Below are positions 1 through 13,976 of a stretch of 64,000 nucleotides of DNA, one piece after another. Positions within the stretch are counted from its first letter, which is position 1, and each line of letters begins with the position of its first letter. Source of the DNA: Podarcis liolepis (lineage: Eukaryota); NCBI GenBank assembly GCA_965112155.1, contig OZ218101.1; one strand, 5' to 3'. Both the position numbers and the translations under genes were made by a program. The notes beneath the pieces are model-generated. The model searched no databases. It was not told the origin of the DNA and saw only the letters and a list, made by a program, of their open reading frames with translations.

Positions 1-44
1 ATTTCTTTTGGAGAAAGTGCAGCATACCAGTGCTGCCTTGTAAG
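1..44 (+). other. TIAM1: Probable 3' end of an upstream non-coding (5' UTR) TIAM1 exon
   Basis: Good donor AAG|GTATGT at 44/45. The first coding exon starts with an acceptor at 6810, so an upstream UTR exon is required. The sequence resembles the mammalian TIAM1 5' UTR as I recall it (not verified). Confidence 0.4.
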
Positions 45-760
45 GTATGTATGTTTAAGCATTTTGCATGGGAATTTGCTCCCTGGTGTGCAGTTTTGGG
101 AGGAGAATGTGGCTTACCAGTCTACCTGTTGAGCAATATAGGAGAACTGGAATTTCCATTTGGCGGCAAATGATGAGATCCTTTATTCCCTCCTTCCCTT
201 TGTTTTCTGCTTTGAATTGCCTGCAGGACGTTTCCCAAATGCATTTTATACTTCAATGTGTTGATTATGAAACAAAGTATCTGGCCATAGATTTATAACT
301 TAAAAAACCCCACACCTGTGATATGCTTTGTTATGGTTTCTTGTGAAGTGCCGAGTAATAAGAGACTTTAAAAAGGTTAAAACTACTGCAGGTTTATAAG
401 GGTATATATTTAAAGTAGATGAATAAATGAGCAAATTAAGTTAATTTGGATTTGCAGAGGATATTAAAAATAAATTTAAGGAACAGGAGTATGTGCACAA
501 ACAAGAAGACTTTGATGAATACAGACTATAGTGCTTTATTTTATCTGATTCATCAGATTGAGGCACAATTTAAATGTGATGCCGGCAGATCCATTTCTTT
601 AAATGTAGGTCTTTTCCAATTATATAATGAAGAGAGGAATGGTGGAGGGCTCGGTTTCATTTTGCTTTTTAGAGGAAAGGCGGGGTAGGCACTTACACAT
701 GGCACACATTCCTATATTCTTGATGTAACTGTAAAGCACCTATTGCAAGAGGCTATAGGG

Positions 761-894
761 AAGAGGTAGGAATCTGTGGCTCTCTAGATGTTGCTGGGCT
801 GCTTCCATCACCTGTGACCACTGGCCATGCTAGATCGGGCTGCTGGGAGTTGGGAGTCCAACATCACCTGGAAGGCCACAGGTTCCCTGCCCTG
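761..894. mobile_element. ~130-bp foldback hAT-like MITE
   Basis: ggaatctgtggctctctagatgttg...caacatcacctggaaggccacaggttcc inverted arms; same family recurs at about 1965, 25030, 41665 and 53900. Confidence 0.7.
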
Positions 895-1324
895 TTCTAA
901 ATGGCAGCTGCCAGGTTGATTCAGATATTTTTCCTGCATACCCCTTTCGCTCCAAAAATCTTACCTTGGCCCTGACTTTGGAGGTGACTATGGCAGAGCT
1001 GGGCTTAGAGAAATTAGTCTCCTGCTGTTACGTGTGCTTTGAGCCCAAACAAGGTAAATTCTATTTCAGTGGATGGCTGGTTTGTTTTTGGAAACAAAGG
1101 GCATGCTATTGGTTGGATCTTTCATCCCATTTTCACAGTATTAAAGCTTGGCTGTGAGCAGAAAATACAGATTTCATGCTAACAGCCTCCCACCAGAATC
1201 TAATTTTAAATTTGCAATCTGTTGTCTCACAAGGTACTTTGTATTTAATGGTGAAACTATGAAGTTCATAAAGCCTAAAACTTTGGTGGTTAAATTTAAT
1301 TTTTCATAGTTCTTTCATATATAG

Positions 1325-1460
1325 CAGTGTTCCCCAAACTTGGGTGTCCAGCTGTTTTTGGACTACAACTCCCATCATCCCTAGCTAGCAGGACCAGTGG
1401 TCAGGAATCATAGGAACTGTAGTCCAAAAGCAGCTGGAGACCCAAGTTTGAGAAACCCTG
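1325..1460. mobile_element. hAT-type MITE with 8-bp TSD
   Basis: TIRs cagtgttccccaaacttggg / cccaagtttgagaaaccctg; internal ggactacaactccc / ggaactgtagtcc; flanks atatatag / gtatatag. Confidence 0.8.
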
Positions 1461-1964
1461 GTATATAGTATGGAGCTTAATTCGGAAATAAAAAAGCGTT
1501 CCAGGAAAATAGAATAAAAAACTTAGTTGATGAGGATGCCTGTCTGCATGGAAGAGTTGGGAGAATCAGCATTCTCTATCTTTGGAAATCTTCTCCTTGT
1601 ACCTAATATATAGAAAGATGGATAATGACTGATTTGGTCTTGCAGTTAAATGTGTGTGTAGTAATGTAGGGGGTCCCTGTTCAATTTTCAAAACAATGGC
1701 TAACACAGACCAAAGTGCGCTTTAAGTTTGTTTGCCTTCAGTGGGATCAAGCATGCTTAACTCTGTATTGGATTGTGGCTTTTAATGGCAGATCTGCAAT
1801 GTTGTAAGTCTTCTTTGGTGGACTTTGATGTGAGAGCAATAAACCCAATAGCCAATTCCCTTCAAACAAATCATCTTGTTGCATTTAATCACCCAATCAC
1901 TTTACTTTAGCATTTCTATAGCACTTGAGAGAATTCCAGGAACTTCACACGTGTTATCTTGTTA

Positions 1965-2090
1965 CCCAAGGATATGGCCCTCCAGATGTTATTGGACTAC
2001 AACTCCCATCATCCCTGACCATTGGCTATCTGGTTGGGACTGATAGGAGTAAGAGACTACATTTAGAGAGCTGTAAGTTACCTGCATATG
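1965..2090. mobile_element. Degraded ~130-bp foldback MITE
   Basis: tggccctccagatgttattggactacaactcccatcatccctgaccattggc core shared with the other copies. Confidence 0.65.
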
Positions 2091-3011
2091 CCTTAGAACA
2101 GTGGTTCCCAATTAGGGATCCAGGGACCCCTGGGAGCACGCCCAGAGGGTCCACGGTCCCACCCCTTGCCTCCCCCCAACTAATTCTTAGTCACTTTTGC
2201 ACGGCAATATCGCAAATTTTATAGTCTGTTTTCGCGCTGTGTGATTTTTCAATATATAGGCCAAAATCATTTTTGAAAACACACTGTGATAACGATTTTG
2301 ACCTGGCAATACACAGCAATATATTGCTCCTCGTGTGAGGATACTGCACGATGATCTCAGCCGCTGACACTGCTGATCTGAGCTGCCTTCCCTCACGCTG
2401 AGCGAGACTCGGAACACTCCAACCTTCTCTCACGTTGAGGGAAAACAGGGCAGCCGATTGCGAGGCGCTGCCTTCCCCTCACACTTATGGAGAACAGGTC
2501 TGCTGCTCACCTTCACTTCAAGGCACTGTGGCACTACCTTCCCCTGGTACTGAGGCGGAGCATCTTTTCTCAGTCAGTAGGAAAGCAGCAGCAGCAGCCA
2601 CAGTGGACGTGCATCTTCGCTGGCTCCCCTGTTGATGGTGGCTTGATGCAGCCCCCCATCTCCTCCCACTCAAGCCATGCCGTGGAGGTGACTCCACTTC
2701 CTCTCTTCCTCAAGAACCTCCAATTTTTCTTCATGATTGATATAAAATACTTGCACCCTACCTTTCTTTCCAACTGAAACTCAAGGCAGCTAAAAGAGAT
2801 ATATAATACTGGCCACTCAAAACAAGGCAAAGAAGGGTCTGTCCTATTAAAGCACAAAAAGAGGGTCTGGTTGTCGGTTGTGCTCCCTCCCGCACCGCTA
2901 ATGCAGTAATGACTGCAGTTTAGTGGGAGCCCAAGGAGGGAGGGCATTTGGACCAGGCAGGTTGACTTAAAAGCTCATATATTAAGTTAGCAATTTAGCC
3001 ATTATGCCACA

Positions 3012-3072
3012 TTGTTGTTGTTGTTGGTTGTTGTTGTTGTTGCTGCTGCTGTTCCTGTTGCTGCTGCTGCTA
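3012..3072. repeat. Imperfect (GTT)n/(GCT)n microsatellite
   Basis: ttgttgttgttgttg...gctgctgctgct. Confidence 0.85.
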
Positions 3073-6000
3073 TATATTATTTATACTTTGGGAAGCTTAT
3101 AATACATAGAAAAACATAGTCAAACCTCAAACTTTAAAAACCTGATACTGGGCTGGCTTCAGATGTTTTCTTAATGTTCATTTCCTTAACATCTGATGGG
3201 AGGGTGTATCACAAGGAGGGTGCTACTGCCAAGAAGGCCCTCTGCCCTCAGATGATTGCTGCAGTCTGTTGGTATCCAACCTGTATTTCAACCCTTCAAA
3301 TATGCCTAAAAGTCTCATTTAAAAAGTAGGATTTACATTTTTGTTAACTTGGGTGGTGAGTTAAAAGTCTTGTGTAATGCCTGTCATTCTTTGAACATAA
3401 TCCAGGACAAGTTAAAACCCTCAACTTGCATCATGTCCAACGTATTAAGGATGGTCTGCTTACGTCAGAGTACTACTCAACAGATGCCTTTTATCACGAC
3501 CTATTTCTTGCTAAAACTTTCCCATGAACACCTGTATTTGTATTCCCAAAGATGATGGTATTAAGAGAACCATTATCACAGCTAGTGAATTTTGTGGTAG
3601 CAAATGAATGCTCTTTGAGGGAAAGCACTTTTCTCCTAGCTGCTTTTATTTCTTGCTCAATAGAGATTACTCTTGGGTTCTTTGGGGGGGGGGAAGCTTT
3701 TTAATTTTTTTATGATTTTGTGCATTATTTATGTTCTGTGTTGGGTTCATTGCATGTGCTGAACTGGCAAAATGCATGCAGTTGCTTTATTCATTGGGCA
3801 AGTTGCTGCGTGTCTAGGGACTGAGTTTCTGTATAGCAAGTTGGTCTAAAATTAGCAGCTCCTTTCTCAGTAGTGGAGTCTCATGCTCCTTCTTCATCTG
3901 GCACAAAATAGTGATCTCATAATTTTCGAGAATGATCCATTAGAACTTAGATTTTCCCGGCTCTAAAGAATGTAAGGTGAATTTGGCTGCTTTGGTTTGA
4001 AACCTTTTAGTTGGTAGTTCCAAACCTTCACTGTAAAACCTCTTTGTATCCTTTCTAATACACAGCAGAACATGTTGAGACTAAGCACACTTGCCTTGGA
4101 GCAAGGCCAGTTGAACACATTGAGATTTACTTCTGAGTAAATAAGTATAGGATTGTTCTGAAAGTCTCCTAATTGCAGTTAAGACTACACTCTTAAGGTT
4201 GCCTGAAAGAGATTAGTTGCCCCTTGAACATTCTTAAGTACTGTGTTGTGCTTCTACTTAGGATGATCGAAGAGTGATAAATGGATGGATTTCTGCTGCC
4301 CTTTCCACTGTTGGGGGAGATAGAATTTTAAACAAAAATGGAAAATGGTGGAGAGAATGGTGGAGCTGCTCTGTTGTCAAATTTGTAAGCCCTTCTCCAA
4401 AAGAATGGCAGTGGAGCCTCGCTATGTAGGTAGAACATTTAATTCTTGAAATGTCCTACTGACAATTGCGGATGACATTTGAGTATCTTGTGGGTGTGTA
4501 TGTGGGTGTGGACCTTCCCCAGGACTGTGTGTTTCACACTGTTAAGAGAGAATTTTGCACCAAGGGTAACCAGTATTCAGTGACGAGGAAACTTGTATGA
4601 GTCATATAACAAATTAAACTAACTTTAAATGAATTTGTATTTTGCATAGGTAGGTTGTACTATTTTGCATATTTGAGACTAAAGACAGATGTAGTATAGA
4701 AACAACTTCCATGGAGCTGTCAGCCCTCGTTTGGTATTAACACCTGTCTCCAGTGTACTAGTAAATTGAACAGTTGACATATCATTCTTGTCCTTATGCA
4801 GTACATTTGCTCAGCTGCCTGGTTGCTACTGTTGGCTTTCTCCTCTTCCGTCTGAGGAACAAAGTGCCTTGAAAGTCAGGATGCTGAGATGGAAGCCATC
4901 TCTGGCACCCAAGTGCAGGACACTTCCTTTCCCAGCTGGGCAAGGTGGTATCAGGGAGAGGCAAGAATGACATACTACCATGCGATTCACTGGTGTGCTA
5001 AAAATTGATTTTAATATAAAAAAGAGAAGTAATTGCAGCTCTTTCTGCCTCTGCATCTATCTTTAGGCATAATCTGCTTGTGTTTGTCTGTGGGAAGGGC
5101 AGGAGCTGTATAACGTCCTTCTCTCAAACAACTGAAGAATGTTTAGCAGATTCTCTGGCTTCTGAGGTTTCATCAGCTATTGCCCACAATCACCAGAACT
5201 ATGAGGCTACAAACTACCATTTTAAAACTAGAAAGCATTTTTAAGAATATCACATTTGCTGGTTTTTCGGCATTCCTGTAGAATTGTGGGATACACACAG
5301 CCCTGTTTTTTCCTCCTTTTTGTTATTCCAAACAGTTTGAATTCTACCTCTATTGCTTCATGCCATCCACCATCTTGGAATGTGAGCTCCCCTTTGGATC
5401 CAGCCCTTGACCTGCTGTCCATTCATTAGTGTGACTCAGGCAAGGAAGCCTTCATTCATTTAATCTATTTGCATGGAGGTGTCTGCAGATTCCAGAGCCT
5501 TGAGCAATCTGAAACACTAACGCTTTGGGACATTTTGTTTTCTTCTTTGACTTATTCTGAGCCATTCTGCTTCGGGTGGAGCTTTTAAGATTTCCACACC
5601 AGAGGTTTTTTTTTTGGCTGAGCTCTTATTCCAGAATAAGTAGCCCAGTTTGTCTGGATTTTTGGTGGTGATGAGAGTTGTGGTTCCAGGTCATGTTCAA
5701 GAGGGGCTTTTGGATAATGGTTCAGGGTTCTGTCCAGAAAATATCAAGTTTCTTTCTGGGATTTTCATTCAGGTTTGGTTTGACCCCCTGAGGAGTAGTA
5801 ATTTGGTTTATCCTGATCTCCCATTAGCACTGCAACATGTATGCACCCTGTTTTAGGGAAACATGATTTCTAATTTTGCCATTCTCACTGCCCTGAGTGG
5901 CTTGTGAATACATTCTTAACTCATAAGTCCACATTTTTAAAATAAAAATTCCACTGTGTTCAAGTGTGTTCATTGGTAACCGGTTTGACACATTGCTGAG

Positions 6001-6821
6001 ATATAAAATATAAAACTTGAAAAAGAGCAACGTTGACTCTTAAATTCCATTGGATTATTATAGTCAGCACTCCTATTAATTTCGTTATATTTTATTGTAT
6101 TTAAAAATATTTCAATACTTGTTTTCTTCTAAAAATCTGAAAGAAGTTTACAGCACAGTGCAAAAATTGCAGTGGAACTTAACACCTATACAGTGATGAT
6201 AATAAAAGCAATAAAATAATAAGAACAGTTGGATTAATTACCAATTGAGTCTTGGGAGAATAAGTTTCCAGCAGACACTGATATATGAGCACATGCCATA
6301 ATACAGAGGGCAGGTATTTGTTGAATTGTGTATGAGAGCACAAAAAAGATATATGTATATACATACCCACTCACAGTCAGACACACCTCGCGTAAACCAT
6401 TTCAGTTTCAGACTGAGGGTTAAACAAAGTCATGGGTCACAGAAAAGCATTTTGTATTGTTGTGGGGTGTGGGGAAAATAATTGGTTAATTCAACCCCTT
6501 GGCTACCTTTTGATTTTATTTCAGTGAAGCCTGTGTTGCTTTTTATTCAGGTTATATTTCGTAGATCAACTTATGAATTTGGAAGTAATGGCATATGTAT
6601 TGTTTATTACCTCATAGCATTGTGAGACTTGGGCATGTTTTGTCAGATCCATACAGAGCAGCTGCTTGATATATAGGATAATGAGTGGGTCTGTCAGGAA
6701 CACTGGCAGGTTAAACTAATCTTTTATTAACACGAAAAGGGGTGGGGACGCTTTATGTTTGGAGAATATAGGTTGCATTTGTAACACATTCATGTTTCTT
6801 GTTCTTTCAGACCCTTAAACC

Positions 6822-7790
6822 ATGGGAAATGCAGAGAGCCAAAATGTAGAACATCAATTTTATGGAGAGAAACATGCCAGCTTGGGAAGAAAACATACAT
6901 CACGTTCCCTTCGCCTTTCGAACAAAGCATCTCGCCGGACCAGACATGCTTCCTCAGGAAAAATTATTCACAGGAATTCAGAAGTAAGCACACGATCTAG
7001 CAGTACTCCTAGTATTCCTCAGTCATTAGCAGAGAATGGCCTGGAGCCCTTTACCCAAGAAGCCAACTTGGAGGATTTTGGAAGCCCAATCTGGGTAGAC
7101 AGGATGGATATGGGCTTAAGGCCAGTTTCTTACCACACTGATTCTTCGGTTACTCCCAGCGTGGATAGCAGCACAGTCCTCATGGCAGCCTCAGTACAGA
7201 GTATGCCAAATTCAGAAAGTGGTAGACTTTATGGAGATGAATCAACATACCTGGCTGAAGGGGGTAGCAGGCAACATTCGTATTCAACAAATGGGACCAA
7301 TTTCTTGGAGCCTATAAGTTTCAAGAAGAAACGTTCAAAATCTGCGGATATATGGCGTGAGGACAGTTTGGAATTTTCACTCTCTGATCTCAGTCAAGAA
7401 CATTTGACAAGCAACGAAGAAATCCTAGGCTCTACTGAGGAGAAGGAAAGTGAGGAGACTCGAGGGAGAGAGGCGGTCAGCAGTCGCCAGCCATTGGTCA
7501 CCTGCCAGCGCGCCAATTCCATGAGTGACTTGTATACTCCAAAAAACTCAAATGCTGCAATCAATGGGGGTCCACGAAATACGCTAGGAGGGTACTGTCG
7601 GAATTTAATGTCTCATATTCCAGATATGGAGAACCACAAAATGTCACCAGCCACAACAGAGAATGTTCCTTCTTACAGTAATTACAACACGCTCCCCTGC
7701 AGGAAATCTCATTGCCTCTCGGAAGGAATCACTCACCCAAAAATGAGCCATAGCAACAGTATGCATGGCAGACGAGCAAAAACAACTCAG
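6822..7790 (+). CDS. TIAM1: TIAM1 coding exon 1 (N-terminal regulatory region; exon starts at 6811)
   Basis: MGNAESQNVEHQFYGEKHASLGRKHTSRSLRLS...KKKRSKSADIWREDSLEFSLSDLSQEHLTSNEEILGS...YNTLPCRKSHCLSEG is the TIAM1 N-terminus. Acceptor ttctttcag|6811, Kozak accATGG, donor CAG|gtaaaa at 7790; 969 nt, phase 0. Confidence 0.97.
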
Positions 7791-8009
7791 GTAAAAGACC
7801 CATAACTTATTTCAAACTTGACAACCTGTGGTGTTCACTGCTATAAATATGCTGGGTTTTTAAAAATTGAAATCGTTTGATAGCTATGTTCCATTCAGAT
7901 CCTTGATTTGTAATGAAGAGTCAATGCAGCCATGGACAGAACCAATACTTTCCTGATGATTAAGTAGAACTTGATTCCTAGGTGATTTTATCTATATACA
8001 ACCTAGTCT

Positions 8010-8067
<58 letters not shown>
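8010..8067. repeat. (AAC)n microsatellite, about 19 units
   Basis: Perfect aac run read directly. Confidence 0.95.
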
Positions 8068-8267
8068 TACACTCTTAGTATTGGAGTTGTTGGTAAGGGG
8101 ACTTGCCTAAGAATCAAATTGCAGTTATTAGACTATAGAACTACCATGGTTCATGAGAGTCATATTTTCATGACAAAATATTCACATAACAAAACATTTG
8201 GGTGGTAACAGATCATATATGCAAATATCATCTTAGTTATCAGTGGCTTAATTGTTAGCAGCAACGT

Positions 8268-8400
8268 ACCGTAGATTCTGGCATATAAGACGACTTTTTA
8301 ACCCCGGAAAAGAGGTCAAAAAGTCGGGGGTCGTCTTATATGCTGGGTATGGCTGCAGTGGGCGGCGCGGAGCGGAGCCTGCTGCCCACTGCTGCTGCGG
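8268..8400. mobile_element. One end of a Tc1/mariner-like non-autonomous element
   Basis: ta|ccgtagattctggcatataagacgac...gtcgtcttata (internal inverted tataagacgac/gtcgtcttata) followed by a GC-rich segment. Other end not found. Confidence 0.55.
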
Positions 8401-10513
8401 AGAAAAGGAGAAAACTACTACTTTGTCCAGTCAAAAAGAAAGATGGTGGCTCTGTAGGCTTTGAAACAATGCTACTTTTAACATTTCCTGATGTTCTATT
8501 ACTTTTTATTAAATATGTTTCATTCTCAGTGCATAAAAAATAACAAGAATACCACAACCATTCATCACAGTTAATTGACATATAAATTGAAGGTGAGAGC
8601 AGTTTTGTTATCACCAGTGGCACTGGTGAGATGGTTTGTAGGCAGAATTGCCAGTAGCTGCTGCTTGGTAATGGAGTTTGTGTAGAATTTGTGTCTGGGG
8701 CAGCTGTCCATTCAGCAACTCTGCACTTTCATGGTGCTGGCTGTGGCATGTCTCCACTCCTAGTGCAAAGGGTAGGAATTTCCATCATTTATCAGCATGC
8801 ATAAAGTGCCATCAGCTTTATCTCCCAGATCATCTCCCTGGTCATACTGGTTATCGCTATCAAGAAATTCTAAAATGCCTTATTCTGCTGCCCGATTTCT
8901 CTGTTCCATCATTTCCTCCCTGATTTGATATACTCAAGTTCCTCTTTCCCCTTGTTAGTTTCCTGTGACCAGCTGTAGCAGTGATATGAGACTCTGGTCT
9001 TAAATTTGCATGATGTTGTTTTTTTCTCAGGCCTTAAGCAGTTGCCAAGACCTTGCATGGAGGTGTTCTTTTAGCTCAGATGGTATGAGTGGCTTTGAGA
9101 TAGGCTACAGCTTTAACTGATATGTCAGTTTCAGGCACAGCCACCAAGTCAGCCTTCTAGGGATAAAGCAGTACCTTTTCTCCAACCAAACTATTACTCC
9201 AAAATCTACTTACCTATTAATTGGGACCACACCTCCATGTTTTCTAGGGATGTAAGTGCCTTTTCGTTGTATGGTATAAATACAACATGCATGAATAGAC
9301 AAATATAAGCCAACTTCCTCTGTCAAGTAGTTCTGCAAATAATAGCTGACAAGCCAAGGCGGGAAATGTTGGGGCTAATAAAGAAAGAACCATACCTTTC
9401 TTATCCCCCTTTATATGGACATCCAATGACATAAAATGTATATTTTCATAAATATACAATCATGCCAACCATAGGCTTAACATTGTCCCAAGCAGAAATT
9501 TCTTGACTTGACCAAGTTTAAACGTTTGCTATTTTCTTTATTATTTTGTAGCTACTGTAAGTTCTAGAGATGGCATATTCTGCATGTTGTACCGGTCTGC
9601 TCTCAACCTAAGTAAGAGTATGAGTCAGGTCAAAAGGAAACTATGAAATTTATCCTGTATACGGTATATTCAATGTGCAACTCTTCCTGTTGACATATAT
9701 TTGTAATTAATAGTCTTTACGGCATTCATCTTCTAAGAAGTAATTGCTCAAATGAGGTTAGTTATAGCGTTTCTTGGTTTTTGGTATTTGCCTTTTGTAG
9801 CTATCTGTTGTGAAATGTAGCTAGCGGATGAAATTGAACAATCCCAGAAAGAAGCCTGAACAAATAGGTCAAGACTAGCGCTAGACAGCATGCTTCAGTG
9901 ACTACTCTGATTTTATTTTATGTTCCATTTTAGTACATATGTAGCAGAGAATGCAGACTCTTATCTTGTGACCCGGAAAAAGAAAAACATTTCACGTAGG
10001 GATTGGATAGGGGCGATAAACCATCTGACTTGCATCCTGATGCTGAGTTAAGTTTGGGCAATGCACCATTCTTAAGTGCAATTAGATCTGACAGTGTGAG
10101 CTGGTCAGATGAACAGCTTCTACAAGTGTAGGTGTTGGGATAAATAACACATCAGCGAAAGATGCCCACTGGATGGCAAGGAGAAGCCTGAATGGATGGG
10201 GAGGGGGAGAGAGGGGAAGAAAAAGAATGCATCAGTTGGCACTAACTTGTAGGAGGTAACTGGAGGCGGGTATCTGGATTAGCTGCTTGCGTTTGATCCA
10301 TGAAGATGTGCTGTTTCTAAATATAAAAATGACATTCTGAAACAGATGATGCTGTTTTCCCACAGCAGAAGCTCTATATTAAAAACAAAAAACCCCCCAA
10401 AAGCATCAGCCTTTTAGTAGGGGTGCTTATGCAACATCAATATAGACGTTCTTCACAGTTCTGTCAAGGCTGCTGAGCACAAATTAAAGCTGTTGGTGAT
10501 ATCCAACTAGAGA

Positions 10514-10885
10514 GGCAAAGGTAAAGAACCTCACAGTTGTTCATCCAAAGGCGAATCTGGAGTGTGGCCGCTCATCTCGCTTTTTAGGGTGAGGGAGCCG
10601 GTGTTTGTCCACAGACAGCTTTCCAGGTCATGTGGCCAGCATGACTAAACTGCTACTGGTGCACAGAGGACTGCGACGAGTGCCAGAGCACATGGAAGCA
10701 CCGCTTACCTTCCTGCCGCAATGGTACCTATTTATCTAACGCTGGCGTGCTTTCGAACTGCTAGGTTGGTAGAAGCTGGGACAGAGCAACAGGAGCTCAC
10801 TCCGTCACGCGGATTCAAACTGCAGACCTTCCAACTGGCAAGCCCAAGAGGCTCAGTGGTTTAAACCACAGCACCACCTGCATCT
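10514..10885 (-). mobile_element. Sauria SINE (Squam1 type), near full length
   Basis: Reverse complement has a tRNA-like head (ggtggtgctgtggtttaaaccactgagcc), body cagttcgaaagcac...agataaataggtacc, catgctggccacatgacc, and an (ACCTTT)-like tail. Homologous to the copy at 45194. Confidence 0.85.
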
Positions 10886-11019
10886 CTACGCTATCAAACT
10901 AAGCCATACTTGAAAATAAACCCATTGAAATCAGTTGACTGACCCAAAGGTTCTGCTAATACCCCCTTTTCAGGCAAGGTGGTGGACAGGGCAGTAGCTG
11001 GACAATTTCAGATTTGTTT

Positions 11020-12370
11020 GGAATGAAAGGAATTATCTTGACCCATTTCAATCTGGATTCAGGCCTGGTTTCAGCGCTAAATCAGCTTTGACCACGCTGG
11101 GTGATAACCTGTATTGGTAGAGACACAGAAAAGGAGAGTGAGCCTGTTGATTCTTCTTGATCACGCTGCAGCCTTTGATACCATCAACCATGATGTCCTC
11201 CTGAAGTAGCTCTGCAGGTTGGGAGTTGGAGATACAGTGATATGGTGAGGAACAGCGGTGTAGTGGTTCTGTTCCAGTGCTGCAGTGCTGTTTTGAAAGA
11301 GCATCATTTGGGTGCTGCTGCTCAGCCACTGGGCAATTGTTCTATGTATTTTGCTCTGTCCTATGAGCACAGGGCTCTGTCTTGTCTCTATGCTGTTTTA
11401 GCATCTAGGTTCCTTGAGGGGAAAGGGCAGTGTCAGGAGGCAGTAATGGGCTGGATGAGAGCCAGTAAATTGGCACTGAATCCTGATATGATGGAGGTGT
11501 TGATGGACAGCTTTTGTGTTCAGGAAATGGAGAGACAGTTGGTTCTAGATAGAACTTTTCTTCCTGAAAGAGCAGCTCCTTTGCTTGTGGGGAAGAGAGG
11601 TGCTCTTCAATTTAACACTGGCATTGGAGACGTACCGTAGATGGCAGCAGTGGCAAGAAGTGTCTTATTTCCACCTCCGGCTGGTACACCAAGTACAGCT
11701 GTTCCTGGATCAAGATAGACTTACTAGAAGAACCAGTGTTCTGGTAACTTTGCAATTAGTCAACCATAATGTGCTCTTATAGACAGTCTGGAAGCTGCAG
11801 CTAATGCAGATTATGGCTGCTGGAGTTGTGGTGGCATATTTAACTGGGACCACATAACAACTGTTTACCAATATATTGTATGCTACTGGGGCCAATCAAG
11901 AATTTTGGAATTAATACATATAATGCTGAATGAGTTTGGTCCCAAATGCTTGAGTATGTTTCTCATTATCAGTTGTTAAGGTCTGTTGGGGGAAGCCCTT
12001 ATGATGCTACTTCTGACCATCACAGCCCACTGTGCAGTGATATGGGACACAACATCAGCGGAATTACCTCCCCATAGAGATCCAGTTGCCATCCTCATTA
12101 TTGAGTTTTTGGTAGCATTTGAAGACATTACTTTCACTTGGGTCCTTTGACAGACTGAGGTACCCAATACCATTATTATGCTGCCTGTATTGTGCTAATT
12201 AAATTTGATAGGTGGTAATTTTTAAATGTAATTGGTTTATGTATATTTTAATGGTTTTATTAATGGATTTTTTATTGTTCTGATTAGGTATTGCAGATTT
12301 CATTGGGATCTTTTTAATGGTTTTAAAGTCAAATCAAATCAATCAATCAATCAATCAATCAGTCAGTCAA
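11020..12370 (+). mobile_element. Degraded L2 LINE 3' part (RT domain to tail)
   Basis: Frameshifted RT motifs LDPFQSGFRPG, LILLD..AAFDTI.H, WMRASKLALNP, KLQLMQ; ends in (TCAA)n. Confidence 0.8.
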
Positions 12371-13258
12371 TGAAAGCTACAAATCTGAACATGCCCACAT
12401 TCCTCTTGACAGCTTTAAGCTACAGGGAAAAGAACAAATTAAGGGGTGCCTGAAAGTACTGGCCTTCCTCAAAACTGTCAGAACTACAAGCCTAACTTCC
12501 TACCTGGGTGTCCTTCAGTGCTGATCAGAAGTTGCTTTATCCATACTGTGTACATGTTCTCTTGGTTGGAAAAAATGGGAGATCCATTTTTTAGTGCTCA
12601 AACTGGCTTCTAAAATGGATTCTGGAGTCTTTCACTTACAAAGCGAAACTGAAAAGGAGCAGAGAACCCAGTATTCTTTTAGTCTACCAGTGTTGATGAC
12701 CTCATTATGCAGACATAGCCGAAGGAAATGTTCTTTGTTTTCTTTTGAGAAAGCGAATAGAATCTTAGTTTCCTGAAGCTTAGTAGTATAACCCCCCCCC
12801 CCTTCTTAGCATCACTTATTTAAATTGGAGCTTAAACGTGGGTGTTGCTTTTCTTTAATTGGGACAGCCTTTTGGTGCTTTGGAAATAATTAGTGTCAAT
12901 ATGCACATGCAATTAATATCTAGGAGTTGTTTTGGGGGCACCCACACAGCAGTTTCATTTTAATATTAAGTGTTCACTATAGCTGAGCAAGACCTCCTAG
13001 AGAGTTGAAGGGAAAATACAATTCAGCTTTTGCCGCTGAGGGAAGAATACCAGACCAGCTCCTTGCATTCAGCTTGGTACCACCTTTTTCTTGCATTTTA
13101 TTCACCTGTCAAGAGAGCAAATGTTCCAATGAGCAGTTTATTTGACATCCTTCCTCCCTGAAACAAAACTCTGGCAAAGTTTTACAAACCACTGAATTGG
13201 TAAATACACATTTTGAGAATAGTGGTGATTATGGAAAACAAAAAAGGAACAATTTATT

Positions 13259-13259
<1 letters not shown>

Positions 13260-13306
<47 letters not shown>
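13260..13306. repeat. Compound (CT)n(GT)n microsatellite
   Basis: Read directly. Confidence 0.9.
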
Positions 13307-13307
<1 letters not shown>

Positions 13308-13937
13308 CTCTTTCCTTCCTTTTCTGCTCTACTGTTTACTGTTTCCCTCTTTTTGAAGTGCTAATTATCAATGGAAAGAGGAACACGGAGCCTTTCTGCT
13401 TTACTCACTGGTTTAGTAGCCATTCCGTTTCACCACAGAAGCCCTGCAGACTGCAGTTCTGATAAGGGGCTAGATCTCTTTCCCTCAAAAAATCATCATA
13501 ATCCTTACCAGCTTCGGATCCTAGGATTCAAAGCAGTGAGAAAACCACAGCACCTGTGTACATATAAAATCAATATAAAATTAGTAACAATAATATGCCC
13601 ATACTGTGTGAAGTTTCTGAAAAAACGATTTGATGTGCAGCTGTCGCGCCTAAAAAAGTACAGATTTAGCAAAGTGCTTTTGCTGCCTTAAACTCCCCTC
13701 CCTCACCCGCTACGGATGGGTTTTTAGCTGGAATTATAATTCTGCAATCAATACTTAATTCCCCATTGTCAACTCCTATGAATCTTCCTTTGAAGTAATG
13801 GCTGGTGGGAGCGAGAGCTGTTACCTAGCTTGTCATTTTGATTACAAAATGAATAGCTATATGTCCTGACACTATACTTCAAAATAAAATTTTAAATCCA
13901 TATCATTGGAGGTAGGAGCAAATTGTCACACAATTGT

Positions 13938-13938
<1 letters not shown>

Positions 13939-13974
<36 letters not shown>
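13939..13974. repeat. (AC)n microsatellite
   Basis: Read directly. Confidence 0.9.
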
Positions 13975-13976
<2 letters not shown>

